The position numbers and the translations under genes are program-made. A DNA stretch of 64,000 nt, taken from positions 32,001 to 96,000 of the forward strand of contig JBBQZX010000009.1 in the NCBI GenBank assembly GCA_038207335.1, in the 5' to 3' direction. The notes beneath the pieces were generated by a model. It did not search any database. It was given only the letters and a program-made list of their open reading frames with translations, and was not told the DNA's origin. Shown here one piece after another: positions 1 through 9,453 of the stretch. Numbering within the stretch: the first letter of the stretch is position 1; every line of letters starts with the position of its first letter. This DNA comes from Chthoniobacterales bacterium (GTDB taxonomy: Bacteria > Verrucomicrobiota > Verrucomicrobiia > Chthoniobacterales > Chthoniobacteraceae).

Positions 1-3000
1 GTGGCGCGGAGGCGGATGAATTGGCGCGGGGCGCCAGGTGTGATAGGGGCGGCGGCGCGCCATTTTAAGGTGGCCAAGTCACCGGAGACACTGGTTTCAC
101 CGAGGTAGAGGATGGCGGCGGGCGTGGCGTCCCAAGCGGTGAGATTTGTGGAAAGCTCGGCGGTGAGCGTTGCGTCGTCGGCGGCGAGTGCGACGGTGGC
201 GCTGAAGGTGAGGAAGGGCTGCGGGCCCGCGCCGATGTCGAACATCTCCACCGCCGGAACGGGCAGGGAGCCGACGGCCGGGTCGGTGTCGCTGGCGCCG
301 AAGACGTGCTCGAGCAGCGCGGGGATGCCGTCGCTGTCGATGTCGGCGAGCGGTGCGCCGGTGAAGGAGACGCGGTCGCTGATGCCGGGATTTCCGCCGA
401 CGGTGGAGCTGCTGCGCCAGTTTGCGGCGCTGGCGGGGTCGGCCCCCGGCTCGCGAAGGACGAGGCTGCGGCCGGCGGTGTCGGGCGCGGTGGGCCACGG
501 CGCTTTGTCGGCGTAGGTGAAGCGGAAGATGTCGCTGCCGTCGGCGGCGGTGAGCGCGATTTGCTCGCCGTAGTTGTCGAGCCCGCCGGTGTAGGCGCCG
601 GCGACCGGGAGGCCGGAGCCGTATTTCGCAGTGAAGGCCTCGACATTTCTCACGACGAGGATGCGCGCGCCGGCGGCGAGCAGCGTGCCTTGCGGGAAGG
701 TGAACGCGATGCCCGCGGTGAAATGGACGCCGGTGAGGTCGATGGTTCCGGCGGAGCGGTTCATCAACTCGATGAATTCATGATCCTCGGTGAGCAGCGG
801 GTGGTAGTGCAGCTCGGAGATCGCGAGATTCAGCGCGCTCGCGGCGGTGCCGACGATGAAGGTCGCCTCGGTGAGCGCGCTCCACTCGGTGCCGTTTTTG
901 GCGCGCGCTTTCACGGTGGCGGTCTGCGGAAGGGTGAAAGGCGCGGTGTATGGCGTGCCACGGGGGGTGCCGGTGTAGGCGGTGCGCGGGTCGGAGCCGT
1001 CGAGCGTGTAGTATATCGCCCCCGTCGGCGCGGACATCTCGAGCGCGTAGCTGGCGGGCACATTTCCCCCAAACTGCCCGAACTCCGGGGGCTCGGTGGC
1101 CGGGTAGAGGCTCTGCGCGCGCAGTTTCGCGATGGTCGAGATGCCGAGCGACGGGTTGTGCAGATTCGGGATGTGCGAGTTTTTCACCACGGCGACGCTC
1201 GGCAGCCAGTCGGCCTCGCGAGTGTAGGTACGGCCTGCGGGGACGGCGTTGCCGTACGCCGTTGAGTCCGGGACATCGCCCCAGCGCGCGCTCTCGGCCA
1301 CGATCGGGAGGTCGAGGATGTCGGCGAATGCCTGCCAGCGCGCCTGCTCGGCGGCGGTGCTGAGCGCGCCGCCATTGTCGAGATGCCGGTGCGCGCGGTC
1401 GGCGAAGAGGAGGCGGAATTCGGGGTTCACGCGGAGCTTTTGGTAGAGCCGCCCGGCGGTCTTGTCGGTCGTGGTGTTCGGCGCGCTGGGGGAGAGACGG
1501 TCGAGGTTCAGCGTCGGATCGAGGACGATCTCTTGGTCCCACACGAGGAATTGCCACTTGCTGCCCGCGACGTTGCGGTTGCGGATGGCGTATCCGTTGT
1601 GCTGCGGCCAATCCTCGGCGTCGCAGTGCGCGTGGAGCAGGTAGTAATCGACGAAATTCACGATATCGATCTGCGCGAGTGCGGACTCGTAGCCAGCCTG
1701 CGCGGTGAGGTCGGCGCTGTTGATGAATGTGAAGAGCGAATTCCACGCGGTGATCGTGCCGTCGGCGGCGTTCGTGAAATCGGCGATCACGTCCCAGTCC
1801 GCGGGCGCGCCGCCGAGATGATCGGCGCAGAAATTGTCATCGATGCGCTCGCTGACTTCGTACATGCCCCAGTAGAGGCCATTGATGTAGACGTGAATGT
1901 AGCGCCCGGCGGTCGCCAGCCAGCCCATCGCGGCGAAGCTTTTCCGCATCCACGGATCGCGAAAATAGACGCTGTCATCGGGCTTGTATCGCCCCGTGGC
2001 CCAGCTCGCCATGCCCCAGCCATCGGTGAAGAAATCGTGGAGGATGAGCTTGTCGAACGCGCTGAGGTTCGTGTCGCTGAAGAGCTTTTCGTTCAGCTTG
2101 CCGTCGCCATATTCGCTGCGAAAGGCCAGCGTGAAACTGTGCTTTTGCATGCGGAAGGGCGTGCGGCTTGAGTTGCCGTGGATTTTCAACCCGACGCCGG
2201 TGTGAAAGCCGCCGCCGCCCGGATTCAGCCACTCCATCGCGGTCGCGCGCTCCCATGCAGCGCCGCGGCTCAGCGGATTCGTGTAAATGCCGGTGCCGAT
2301 GCTGTGGAAATCCGCTGGATTCAGCGTGAGCGAGAGCGCGGGCAGTGCGTCGAGCGCCTCGACGATGCCGTGGCCGGCGACCGTGTTGTTCACGACGTTC
2401 GGGTCCATCTCATAATCGGCGGGCACCGTGCCGTTGCCGCCGTTGTTCGCGGCGACTTGGCTGTCCGTGCCCCATGTCGCGGGCCAGCCGGGCGGGTTCG
2501 CGGGCTGCGAGCCGACTTGAACATTGAAGATGTAGGTCTGCGTGTCGGTGTTCGTCGGAGCCAGCGGAGACGCGAAGGCTTTTGCGCGCAGCGCCGTCGT
2601 CGTTGCGATCGGGATGCCGGCGGGGCCTGGATAGGGCGTGCTGACGGTCGTCGGTTCGGAGCCGTCGGTGGTGTAGAAAATCGTTGCTCCGGGAGTCGTG
2701 GTCGTGATGTGGACGGCGAATGGCGCGTTGTAAAAGCCGCGTTTGAGATCGAACTGCGTGTCGGCGACAAAGCCCGGCGCCTGCGGGCCATTCGCGGCGC
2801 GCGGCGTCGGCGTCAGGTAAAAGCCGGGCGTCAGGGGCTCCACCGTGCCGGACAGGCCGTAGCTCACGTTTTTGCGCTGCGACGGCAGATTGCTGAAGCT
2901 CGTCACTGCCGTTGCGCCGCCCGGCTGATAGAGGCCGAGAAAAGCCCCCGCGCTGCTGCTCAGCGCGAAATTCGTGTGGAGCGCCGCCGGGTTTGACGTG

Positions 3001-4466
3001 CGGTTTTTCCCCGAGGCCCAGACGAGGAGCCGCGCCTGCGCGGCGAGCGTGATACCCGCGGGAAAGGTCCACTTCGTGTGTTTCGTGGCGTTGTCCGTGA
3101 GATGCCAACCCGAGAGGTCCAGCGTGGACGTCGTCGTGTTCCAAATCTCGATCCAGTCGTTCGTCTCGCCGTCCTCGTCCGCGACGCCGCCCGAATTGTC
3201 CGCGAGGAATTCGCTCAGGATTGGATGCCCGAGATCCACCACCGGCTCGGCCGCAAGCGTCGAGAGCCGGAGCGCGTCGATGAAAACCGCCGGCGCATTC
3301 GCCACAACGCGGCCGCTGATGACCATCTGCCCGCTGGCGCTCGCGGTGAAGGCGCCCGCCATTTTGTAGTCGTCATTCGTCGCCGGGAGATTTGCGCCGT
3401 TGAAGCCGTAGTCATCCCACAAAAACGCTCCATTCACCGTCCAGTCGCTCGTGCGCACGCTGCCGCTGCTGCTCGGATCGTAGCTCCACAGCTCCACGAG
3501 ATACGTGGCATTTGGCGTCAGCCCGCTCACCGTCACGTCGAGCCCCGTGCCCGCCGCGGCGCCATTGGCAAAGATGAAATCGCGGAGCAGTTGCGACTCC
3601 GTGAACGCGCCATTGCTCCCCGGCACGCCGAGCCGCTCCCGGTCGTCCACGGTCCCGCCGCTGCCCGCGAGCGTCACCGAGAGCGGGCCAAAAGCGCGCG
3701 TCGCGGTCGTCTGCGTGGCCGTAGTGCCATCGAGGAGGAATTCGCTGAACCCTGCCGCCGTGTAACTCGCGCCGGGGAAACTGCGGTCGTTGAAATCCAG
3801 CGCAAGCACCGGCGTCGCCTGCACCACCGGAGCCGCGAGCTCATCCATGGTGAAGCCATTCAAAAAAACCTGCGCCGTCGTCCCTGCCGCCGCCGGTCGC
3901 CCGCGCAGCGTGAGCCGGCCCGCGGCATCGGCGAGCGCGTTCACGGTGAAGCGGTTCGCCGTGTCCGAGGCCGGCAGCGTCGCGCCGTCGAACGTGTAAT
4001 TATTCGCGGCGAATCGCGGCCCGCCGAGGCCGAGCACCGACCAGTCGCTCGTCCGCGCGCCCGTGCTTCCGCTGTCAAAACTCCACACCGTGAGCGCGTA
4101 TTGCCGCCCCGGCGTCAGCCCCGCGATCACTGCGTCGAGGCCCACGCGATAGAAGTTCGTCGTGCTGTCCCCCGCCGCGAAGATGCAGTCGCGAAACAGC
4201 GGTGCCAGCGTGAGCGCGCCCCCATCCGCGGGCGTCGCTCGGCGCACATCGTCGAGCGCCGCGCCCGAGGCCGGATTCACATCCACGGTGAAAGGCGGCA
4301 CCGCCAGCGTGTCATCCGTGAGCAGATAGCGCGATTGCCCCGCCGCCGTGTCGTCGGGAAAATCCACCGCGTCATTCACATCCACGCGCAGCACGACGGC
4401 GGCATGCGCCATCGAGGCAGCGAGCAGAAGCGCAAGCGCGGGAGCAAGTGGGGAGCGGGCGGGCAT
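1..4466 (-). CDS. Large secreted lamin-tail-domain / CotH kinase / FN3-associated protein (runs off left edge)
   Basis: Not in the ORF track because no stop lies inside the window. ATG 4466 gives MPARSPLAPALALLLAASMAHA (signal peptide). An LTD motif (ISEFLADN...DWIEIWN...DLSGWHLTD), CotH-like motifs and a second LTD follow, and the same frame reads ...PRQFIRLRAT at position 1. Confidence 0.8.
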   Translation of the reverse strand, partial: MPARSPLAPALALLLAASMAHAAVVLRVDVNDAVDFPDDTAAGQSRYLLTDDTLAVPPFTVDVNPASGAALDDVRRATPADGGALTLAPLFRDCIFAAGDSTTNFYRVGLDAVIAGLTPGRQYALTVWSFDSGSTGARTSDWSVLGLGGPRFAANNYTFDGATLPASDTANRFTVNALADAAGRLTLRGRPAAAGTTAQVFLNGFTMDELAAPVVQATPVLALDFNDRSFPGASYTAAGFSEFLLDGTTATQTTATRAFGPLSVTLAGSGGTVDDRERLGVPGSNGAFTESQLLRDFIFANGAAAGTGLDVTVSGLTPNATYLVELWSYDPSSSGSVRTSDWTVNGAFLWDDYGFNGANLPATNDDYKMAGAFTASASGQMVISGRVVANAPAVFIDALRLSTLAAEPVVDLGHPILSEFLADNSGGVADEDGETNDWIEIWNTTTSTLDLSGWHLTDNATKHTKWTFPAGITLAAQARLLVWASGKNRTSNPAALHTNFALSSSAGAFLGLYQPGGATAVTSFSNLPSQRKNVSYGLSGTVEPLTPGFYLTPTPRAANGPQAPGFVADTQFDLKRGFYNAPFAVHITTTTPGATIFYTTDGSEPTTVSTPYPGPAGIPIATTTALRAKAFASPLAPTNTDTQTYIFNVQVGSQPANPPGWPATWGTDSQVAANNGGNGTVPADYEMDPNVVNNTVAGHGIVEALDALPALSLTLNPADFHSIGTGIYTNPLSRGAAWERATAMEWLNPGGGGFHTGVGLKIHGNSSRTPFRMQKHSFTLAFRSEYGDGKLNEKLFSDTNLSAFDKLILHDFFTDGWGMASWATGRYKPDDSVYFRDPWMRKSFAAMGWLATAGRYIHVYINGLYWGMYEVSERIDDNFCADHLGGAPADWDVIADFTNAADGTITAWNSLFTFINSADLTAQAGYESALAQIDIVNFVDYYLLHAHCDAEDWPQHNGYAIRNRNVAGSKWQFLVWDQEIVLDPTLNLDRLSPSAPNTTTDKTAGRLYQKLRVNPEFRLLFADRAHRHLDNGGALSTAAEQARWQAFADILDLPIVAESARWGDVPDSTAYGNAVPAGRTYTREADWLPSVAVVKNSHIPNLHNPSLGISTIAKLRAQSLYPATEPPEFGQFGGNVPASYALEMSAPTGAIYYTLDGSDPRTAYTGTPRGTPYTAPFTLPQTATVKARAKNGTEWSALTEATFIVGTAASALNLAISELHYHPLLTEDHEFIELMNRSAGTIDLTGVHFTAGIAFTFPQGTLLAAGARILVVRNVEAFTAKYGSGLPVAGAYTGGLDNYGEQIALTAADGSDIFRFTYADKAPWPTAPDTAGRSLVLREPGADPASAANWRSSSTVGGNPGISDRVSFTGAPLADIDSDGIPALLEHVFGASDTDPAVGSLPVPAVEMFDIGAGPQPFLTFSATVALAADDATLTAELSTNLTAWDATPAAILYLGETSVSGDLATLKWRAAAPITPGAPRQFIRLRA

Positions 4467-4904
4467 CGGGAGGGGGCTCGGATAATGTCTCGCCCCAGAC
4501 CGCCCCTCGCGCCACGCAAAAGAATAAGACCTTTCTGGAAAACGCGCCGTTGAAATTTGCCTCTTGGAATGACGTTCCTTCCAAACGCCTCTGGCAACCC
4601 AACTGGGGGGAAATACTTCTTGCCCGCGGCTCACCGGGAGAGTCTGCTCCCGCCCGTGCGCGGAGGAAAACGAATCGCGGAGATACCCGGCGCGCCTTCC
4701 GAAGGATTTTTTCCCGTTTGCGTCGGCATATCCCTCGTCCGCAGCTCCCGAGGACGCTCTTTTGACGAAATTTGCCCACTTTTCGCCTCCGGCAAACCCT
4801 CCCTCTCTGTAACCCACCACTGCAAAAACAAAACCACACTCTGTCGCAAGCTCGCGCCGGGATTGCGGCCTGTGGCTGAACTGCCGCCGCACGCCGCATT
4901 TTTC

Positions 4905-5774
4905 ATGACTCCGCTCTCCAAAAGATCCACGACGCCGGGCGATCCGTTTTTTCGCGGGTGGGCGAAGCCGGGGGTGGTACCGCCGGGAGTGGATTGGGCG
5001 GCGGAGCGACTCGCGGGGGAGGGGGAGACGTTGGATGCGATCAGCGGGCACTTTCGGCTGTTTCAGCTCCGCGACGGGCACCGGTTTTCGACGGACGATG
5101 TGCTGACGGCTTGGTATGGGACGGCTTGGTGCCCGAGTGCGCGGACGGTGCTCGATCTCGGGAGCGGGATCGGGTCGGTCGGGATGGTGGCGGCGTGGCG
5201 GTTGCCGGGGGCGCGTTTCGTCACGATCGAAGCGCAGCCGGAAAGTGTGCGGCTGGCGCGGAAGTCCCGCGCGTACAATGGTCTGGAGGATCGGTATGAA
5301 ATCCGAGAGGGGGATTTTCGCGATCCGGCGCTGCTCGGGGTTGATGAGAAGTTCGATCTCGTGCTCGGCAGCCCGCCCTACTTTCCGCTCGGCAGCGGCG
5401 TCGAAAGCGAGCACCCGCAAAAGCTCGCGTGCCGCTTCGAACTGCGCGGCGACATAGCGGACTACTGCGCCACGGCATCCGCGCATCTTGCGCTCGGCGG
5501 TTGGTTCTCGTGCGTCTTCCCCACCGAGCAACTCGACCGCGTCGCGACCTCTGCACGCGCGACTGGACTCGCCATTGTCCGTCGGCGTCCCGTCGTCCTG
5601 CGCGAAGACGAGTCGCCGCTGCTAACGCTTTTCGCGATGGTGCGCGCGGATCATCTGCCAGAGCCGATCCGCAGCCAGACGCGGGTCGAGCCCGCGCTCA
5701 CGATCCGCCAGCGCGACGGGCAAGTGCACCCCGAGTATTCCGCCGTGAAACTCTCCTTTGGCTTTCCCCCCTGA
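4905..5774 (+). CDS. SAM-dependent methyltransferase, tRNA1(Val) A37 N6-methylase (TrmN6/YfiC)-like
   Basis: GHRFSTDDVL, VLDLGSGIGSVG (motif I) and SPPYF (NPPY-like motif IV). Start moved to ATG 4905. Confidence 0.8.
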   Translation: MTPLSKRSTTPGDPFFRGWAKPGVVPPGVDWAAERLAGEGETLDAISGHFRLFQLRDGHRFSTDDVLTAWYGTAWCPSARTVLDLGSGIGSVGMVAAWRLPGARFVTIEAQPESVRLARKSRAYNGLEDRYEIREGDFRDPALLGVDEKFDLVLGSPPYFPLGSGVESEHPQKLACRFELRGDIADYCATASAHLALGGWFSCVFPTEQLDRVATSARATGLAIVRRRPVVLREDESPLLTLFAMVRADHLPEPIRSQTRVEPALTIRQRDGQVHPEYSAVKLSFGFPP

Positions 5775-5798
5775 GAGATCCGGTCAACGGCCCAAGAG

Positions 5799-5821
5799 TG
5801 GCGGAGTCTGCGGGACTCGAA
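5799..5821 (-). repeat. Duplicate of tRNA-Asp 3' end (att-like direct repeat)
   Basis: tggcggagtctgcgggactcgaa versus tggcggagtctacgggactcgaa at 8251-8273 (22/23 identical). Confidence 0.85.
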
Positions 5822-5947
5822 TTCGCCGTAAGGTTACCACGGCGTTGCGCACGCCCCTTCCATTAGGCAGCGGTCGGCGAGGGCTTTGAGAAAAGGTGAC
5901 GTTGCCCAAGTCGAGGAAGAGCCGTTGCAGAGCAGCGCCAGCGTGCC

Positions 5948-6040
5948 ATCACGCACCGCTTTCACTACACGGACTTCGAGCAAGGCTTTGCGGCCATGAA
6001 ATCCGGCGCCTGCGACAATATGATCTCGGAATGGGCGTGA
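5948..6040 (+). pseudogene. tdh: 3' remnant of L-threonine 3-dehydrogenase
   Basis: Translates ITHRFHYTDFEQGFAAMKSGACDNMISEWA*, matching the Tdh C-terminus pattern (ITHRF..DF..GF.AM.SG...KVIL.W). No 5' part is present. Confidence 0.75.
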
Positions 6041-6079
6041 CATTCCGCCGCGCTGCTCGCTCGAATCCATCTCCTTTTT

Positions 6080-7333
6080 ATGAATCCCACTCGGTTCCTA
6101 CTTCTATCCATGGCTGCAGCCTTGACCGCCCGCGCCGATTTACGAGTGCCGGCGTTCACCGCCTATCTCGAACCAAATCCGAATGGTGCGTCCGTTTCGG
6201 AAAAGGCGGGTATTACGGAATGGCACGATCCGGCTTTGAAAGTCTGTTGGTTTGGAGAAGTCAAAACTCCGGGCCAACTTGACTGCGCCCTCACCCTGCG
6301 CCTGCCGGCGAACGGAGTTTCCAAGTTGCGACTGACCCTCGCCGGTCAGTCGCACGAAGCGACTGCGAAAGGCGAGGGCGACAGCGCAGTCACCGTGAAG
6401 TTCGGCTCGTTCGACATTGCAAAGCCCGGTTATCAAAAGTTCGCGCTGGAGTCGCTCAATCCAGCGGGTAAGGCCGCTGGCGATCTCGAGGCACTCATTT
6501 TGGACGGCCCGGCGATCAAGGACGCGGAGTTCAATCTCAAACCGCGCCGCAACGCCGCGTCCGTGCATCTGAATTACCCGAAGCCGAAAGACGCTAATAT
6601 TGCCGCCTTCTCCTGCGAGGTCACCGCCGTCGAAGATCCCGTTGCGACTTACTACATGGCGACCGGCTGGGATCGCGGCTACTTCGGCATGCAGGTGAAT
6701 AGCGCTACGGAGCGACGAATCATCTTCAGCGTGTGGGACGCCGGCGGAGAGGCCAAGGATCGCGGTAAAGTCGCCGCTGAAGATCGCACGACGCTGCTCG
6801 GGAAGGGCGAAGGGGTGGTCACGGGTGATTTTGGCAACGAAGGCACCGGCGGACACAGTCATCTCGTCTATCCGTGGAAGACTGGTGAACCGCAGCGTTT
6901 CATCACCACCGCGCAACCCGTGGACGCGACACATACGATGTACTCGGGATACTATTTTCACCCGGAGAAAAAGCGGTGGATGCTCATCTCGAGTTGGAAG
7001 GCTCCGCAGACCGGGACTTGGTTGCGCGGCTTATATTCCTTCAGCGAGAATTTCAACGGCAGCAACGGGCACCTTCAGCGCAAGGCGCTCTACGGCAATC
7101 AATGGCTGCGCACCGATGGCGGGAAGTGGATCGAGCAGACGACCGCCAGCTTCAGTCACGATTCCACCGGCAAGGCGGATCGTCTCGATCGCTTCATGGG
7201 CGTGGAGCGCGGAGCATTCTTTCTTTCGAATGGCGGGTTCATTGCCGGTTCGAGCAAATTTGGCGAGACGTTCGCCCGACCCGCGACGGGCCATCCACCG
7301 GAGATCGAGTTGCCTGCTCCGCCCACGCCCTGA
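6080..7333 (+). CDS. Secreted DUF5077/DUF3472-domain protein
   Basis: Signal peptide; RRNAASVHL, GYFGMQVNS.TERRIIFSVW, FGNEGTGGHS and LYSFSENF motifs. Confidence 0.8.
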   Translation: MNPTRFLLLSMAAALTARADLRVPAFTAYLEPNPNGASVSEKAGITEWHDPALKVCWFGEVKTPGQLDCALTLRLPANGVSKLRLTLAGQSHEATAKGEGDSAVTVKFGSFDIAKPGYQKFALESLNPAGKAAGDLEALILDGPAIKDAEFNLKPRRNAASVHLNYPKPKDANIAAFSCEVTAVEDPVATYYMATGWDRGYFGMQVNSATERRIIFSVWDAGGEAKDRGKVAAEDRTTLLGKGEGVVTGDFGNEGTGGHSHLVYPWKTGEPQRFITTAQPVDATHTMYSGYYFHPEKKRWMLISSWKAPQTGTWLRGLYSFSENFNGSNGHLQRKALYGNQWLRTDGGKWIEQTTASFSHDSTGKADRLDRFMGVERGAFFLSNGGFIAGSSKFGETFARPATGHPPEIELPAPPTP

Positions 7334-7343
7334 ACGCGCGCCC

Positions 7344-7979
7344 GTGAATCTCCCGTCACCGCTCTTCCTCGACCACCTCGGTATTGCAGTGGGTGCGATG
7401 TCGGGCGTCCTCGCCGCGCGCGGCAAGCAAATCGATCTATTCGGCGTGCTCGTTCTCGCCGTCGTCACCGCGTTTGGCGGCGCGACCGTGCGCGATGTAC
7501 TCGTCGGCGATCTGCCGGTGGTCTGGCTGCGCGGTCCGTGGTTGCTCACGAATGCCGTAATTGTCGGCCTGCTCACGTTCGTCATCGCCCGCCGGCTGGA
7601 ACCGCCACGTCGTGTCTTCCTCGTCGTCGATGCCTTGGTGCTCGCCGCCTTCGCCATGATCGGCACTCGCAAAGGTTTGCAACACGGCTTCTCCGCGCCG
7701 GTCTGCATGCTGCTCGGTGTCATCACCGGCATCGCCGGTGGCATCCTGCGCGACGTGCTCATGCGTGAAGTGCCGACGGTTTTTCGCAAAGAGATTCATC
7801 TCTACGCCACCGCCGCACTGATCGGCTCCGCCCTGTGCGTCGCCCTACGTCTCTTCGGCGTGTCGGAGATAATCGCCCTTCTCGCGGGCGGAGCAGCAGT
7901 GCTGCTGCTTCGGCTTGCCGGCATCTGCTGGAAACTCTCCCTGCCACTTTTCGAAACGCGCCAGCATTCCCCGCCATGA
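7344..7979 (+). CDS. TRIC/UPF0126 family membrane protein (putative glycine transporter)
   Basis: Two repeats: GV..LAVVTAFGGATVRDVL and GVITGIAGGILRDVL..EVP. GTG start at 7344. Confidence 0.85.
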   Translation: MNLPSPLFLDHLGIAVGAMSGVLAARGKQIDLFGVLVLAVVTAFGGATVRDVLVGDLPVVWLRGPWLLTNAVIVGLLTFVIARRLEPPRRVFLVVDALVLAAFAMIGTRKGLQHGFSAPVCMLLGVITGIAGGILRDVLMREVPTVFRKEIHLYATAALIGSALCVALRLFGVSEIIALLAGGAAVLLLRLAGICWKLSLPLFETRQHSPP

Positions 7980-8139
7980 CCGCCACTTTCGGAGACCAGC
8001 TTACTCAACAGCTCGTCGAGATCCGCGCTGCCGGTCGCTACAAAGCAAGCGTATCATCTGCATGCCGCAGAATACCTTCGTCCGCCTCGCCGACGGACCA
8101 ATGGTGTTGAACTTGTGCGCGAACAATTACCTCGGCATC
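7976..8139 (+). pseudogene. kbl: Frameshifted 5' remnant of 2-amino-3-ketobutyrate CoA ligase
   Basis: MTATFGDQLTQQLVEIRAAGRYK, a frameshift near 8045, then KRIICMPQNTFVRLADGPMVLNLCANNYLGI (Kbl N-terminal NFCANNYLGL motif). Homology then stops. Confidence 0.8.
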
Positions 8140-8250
8140 GAAGAGACCAATCTCGAGCTCGACGCAGTGGCAGCGGAATCAAACCTTAAGTCATCCCACC
8201 ACCGGTGTCGGTCACGCCGTTTTAACCTGCTGTTTATCGGCAGTTTAGAA

Positions 8251-8327
8251 TGGCGGAGTCTACGGGACTCGAACCCGCAACCTCTGCCGTGACAGGGCAG
8301 CGCTCTAACCAATTGAGCTAAGACTCC
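8251..8327 (-). tRNA. tRNA-Asp (GTC)
   Basis: GGAGTCTTAGCTCAATTGGTTAGAGCGCTGCCCTGTCACGGCAGAGGTTGCGGGTTCGAGTCCCGTAGACTCCGCCA forms a cloverleaf with GTC anticodon and encoded CCA. Confidence 0.97.
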
Positions 8328-8496
8328 TCGAAAGGAGCGGGGACGGTAGATTCGCGCCGGATGCGGAGCAAGATTTTTTCTCGGAAAATCCGCGACGGCG
8401 TCCCGAGTTGAGAACCGAGGATTTCCCGGATGCGAATGCTGAAAACCGCGTCATCGGCGAAATCCGCGGTTTAATTCCGAGAGTCGCGATGTGCGC

Positions 8497-9453
8497 TCAG
8501 GCGCGGGGATGGAATTTGTGATGCACCGCTTTGAGCCGCCGCTGATCGACATGCGTGTAAATCTGCGTAGTCGAAATGTCGGCGTGGCCGAGCAGTTCCT
8601 GAATGATGCGGAGGTCGGCACCGTTGCCGAGCAGATGGGTGGCGAATGAATGCCGGAGGAGATGTGGATAGACGTTGATATCGATGCCGGCGTTTTTCGC
8701 GCACGCCTTCACGATTTGCCAGATGCGGACGGTCGTGAGCTTTGTGCCGCGCGAGGAGAGGAAGACTTCGCTGCCCGTTTTTTTGCGGACGAAATCGGGG
8801 CGTTCGTTCGCGAGGTAGAGCGCGATCGCGGCGCACGCTTTTGCCCCGACGGGCACGAGCCGCGTCTTGTTGCCTTTGCCGGTGACGCGGATGATTCGCG
8901 AGTCGAGGTCGAGATTTTCGAGCCTCGCATTCACGAGTTCGGAGACGCGCAGACCGCTTGCATACAGGAGTTCGAGGATGGCGCGGTCACGCAGGGCACG
9001 CGGGACATTCTCCGGCACGCCGTCGAGGAGATGCTCGACTTGGAGTTCGTTCATCGTTTCCGGCAGGTATCGCTCGGTGCGCGGGAGCGGCAGCAGTTCC
9101 GCGGGATCGCGTTCGATCCGGCGACGCGCCTGGAGCCAGCGGAAGAAGATTTTGATCGCGACGACGATGAGCTTGATCGAGGCCGCCGCGAGGCCGCTGC
9201 GTTTTCGATGCGCGAGGTAGTCGGTGATTTGCGCGTGCGTGATTTCGCGGGGCGCGACGCTCGTTTCCGGCATCTCCGCGCCGCTGCTCGTGAGCTGCGC
9301 GACGGCTGCCTCGCCGAGCGCTTTCACGATTTGCTTTCGCTCGAGCCACGCGGTGAAGCCCTCGAGAGAGAGGCGCGTGGAGATTTGATAATTGTCCGAG
9401 AGCCCGCGCTCGGTCGCGAGGTAGAGGATGAAGTCGTCGATCGACTCGCGCAT
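8497..9453 (-). CDS. xerD: Site-specific tyrosine recombinase XerD
   Basis: RDRAILELLYASGLRVSEL, GKGNKTRLVP, HLLRHSFATHLL.NGADLR.IQELLGH..ISTTQIYTHV. ATG overlaps the purC stop. Confidence 0.9.
   Translation of the reverse strand: MRESIDDFILYLATERGLSDNYQISTRLSLEGFTAWLERKQIVKALGEAAVAQLTSSGAEMPETSVAPREITHAQITDYLAHRKRSGLAAASIKLIVVAIKIFFRWLQARRRIERDPAELLPLPRTERYLPETMNELQVEHLLDGVPENVPRALRDRAILELLYASGLRVSELVNARLENLDLDSRIIRVTGKGNKTRLVPVGAKACAAIALYLANERPDFVRKKTGSEVFLSSRGTKLTTVRIWQIVKACAKNAGIDINVYPHLLRHSFATHLLGNGADLRIIQELLGHADISTTQIYTHVDQRRLKAVHHKFHPRA

Larger units (their letters stand above)
5799..8273. mobile_element. Small integrase-less genomic islet at tRNA-Asp
   Basis: Bounded by the tRNA 3'-end direct repeat, with gene fragments truncated at both inner edges. 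Confidence 0.7.

Noticed and set aside
65..4553. Many ORF-track entries (65..646, 306..1265, 778..1746, 3078..4553 etc.)
   Set aside because: Shadow or off-frame ORFs of the real minus-strand CotH/LTD gene, which has no stop in the window.
8165..8186. Second degenerate tRNA-end copy (gtggcagcggaatcaaacc)
   Set aside because: Too short and wrongly spaced to distinguish from chance.
8497..9453. XerD as the integrase of the tRNA-Asp islet
   Set aside because: It lies outside the att repeats, is coupled to purC and looks like housekeeping XerD.
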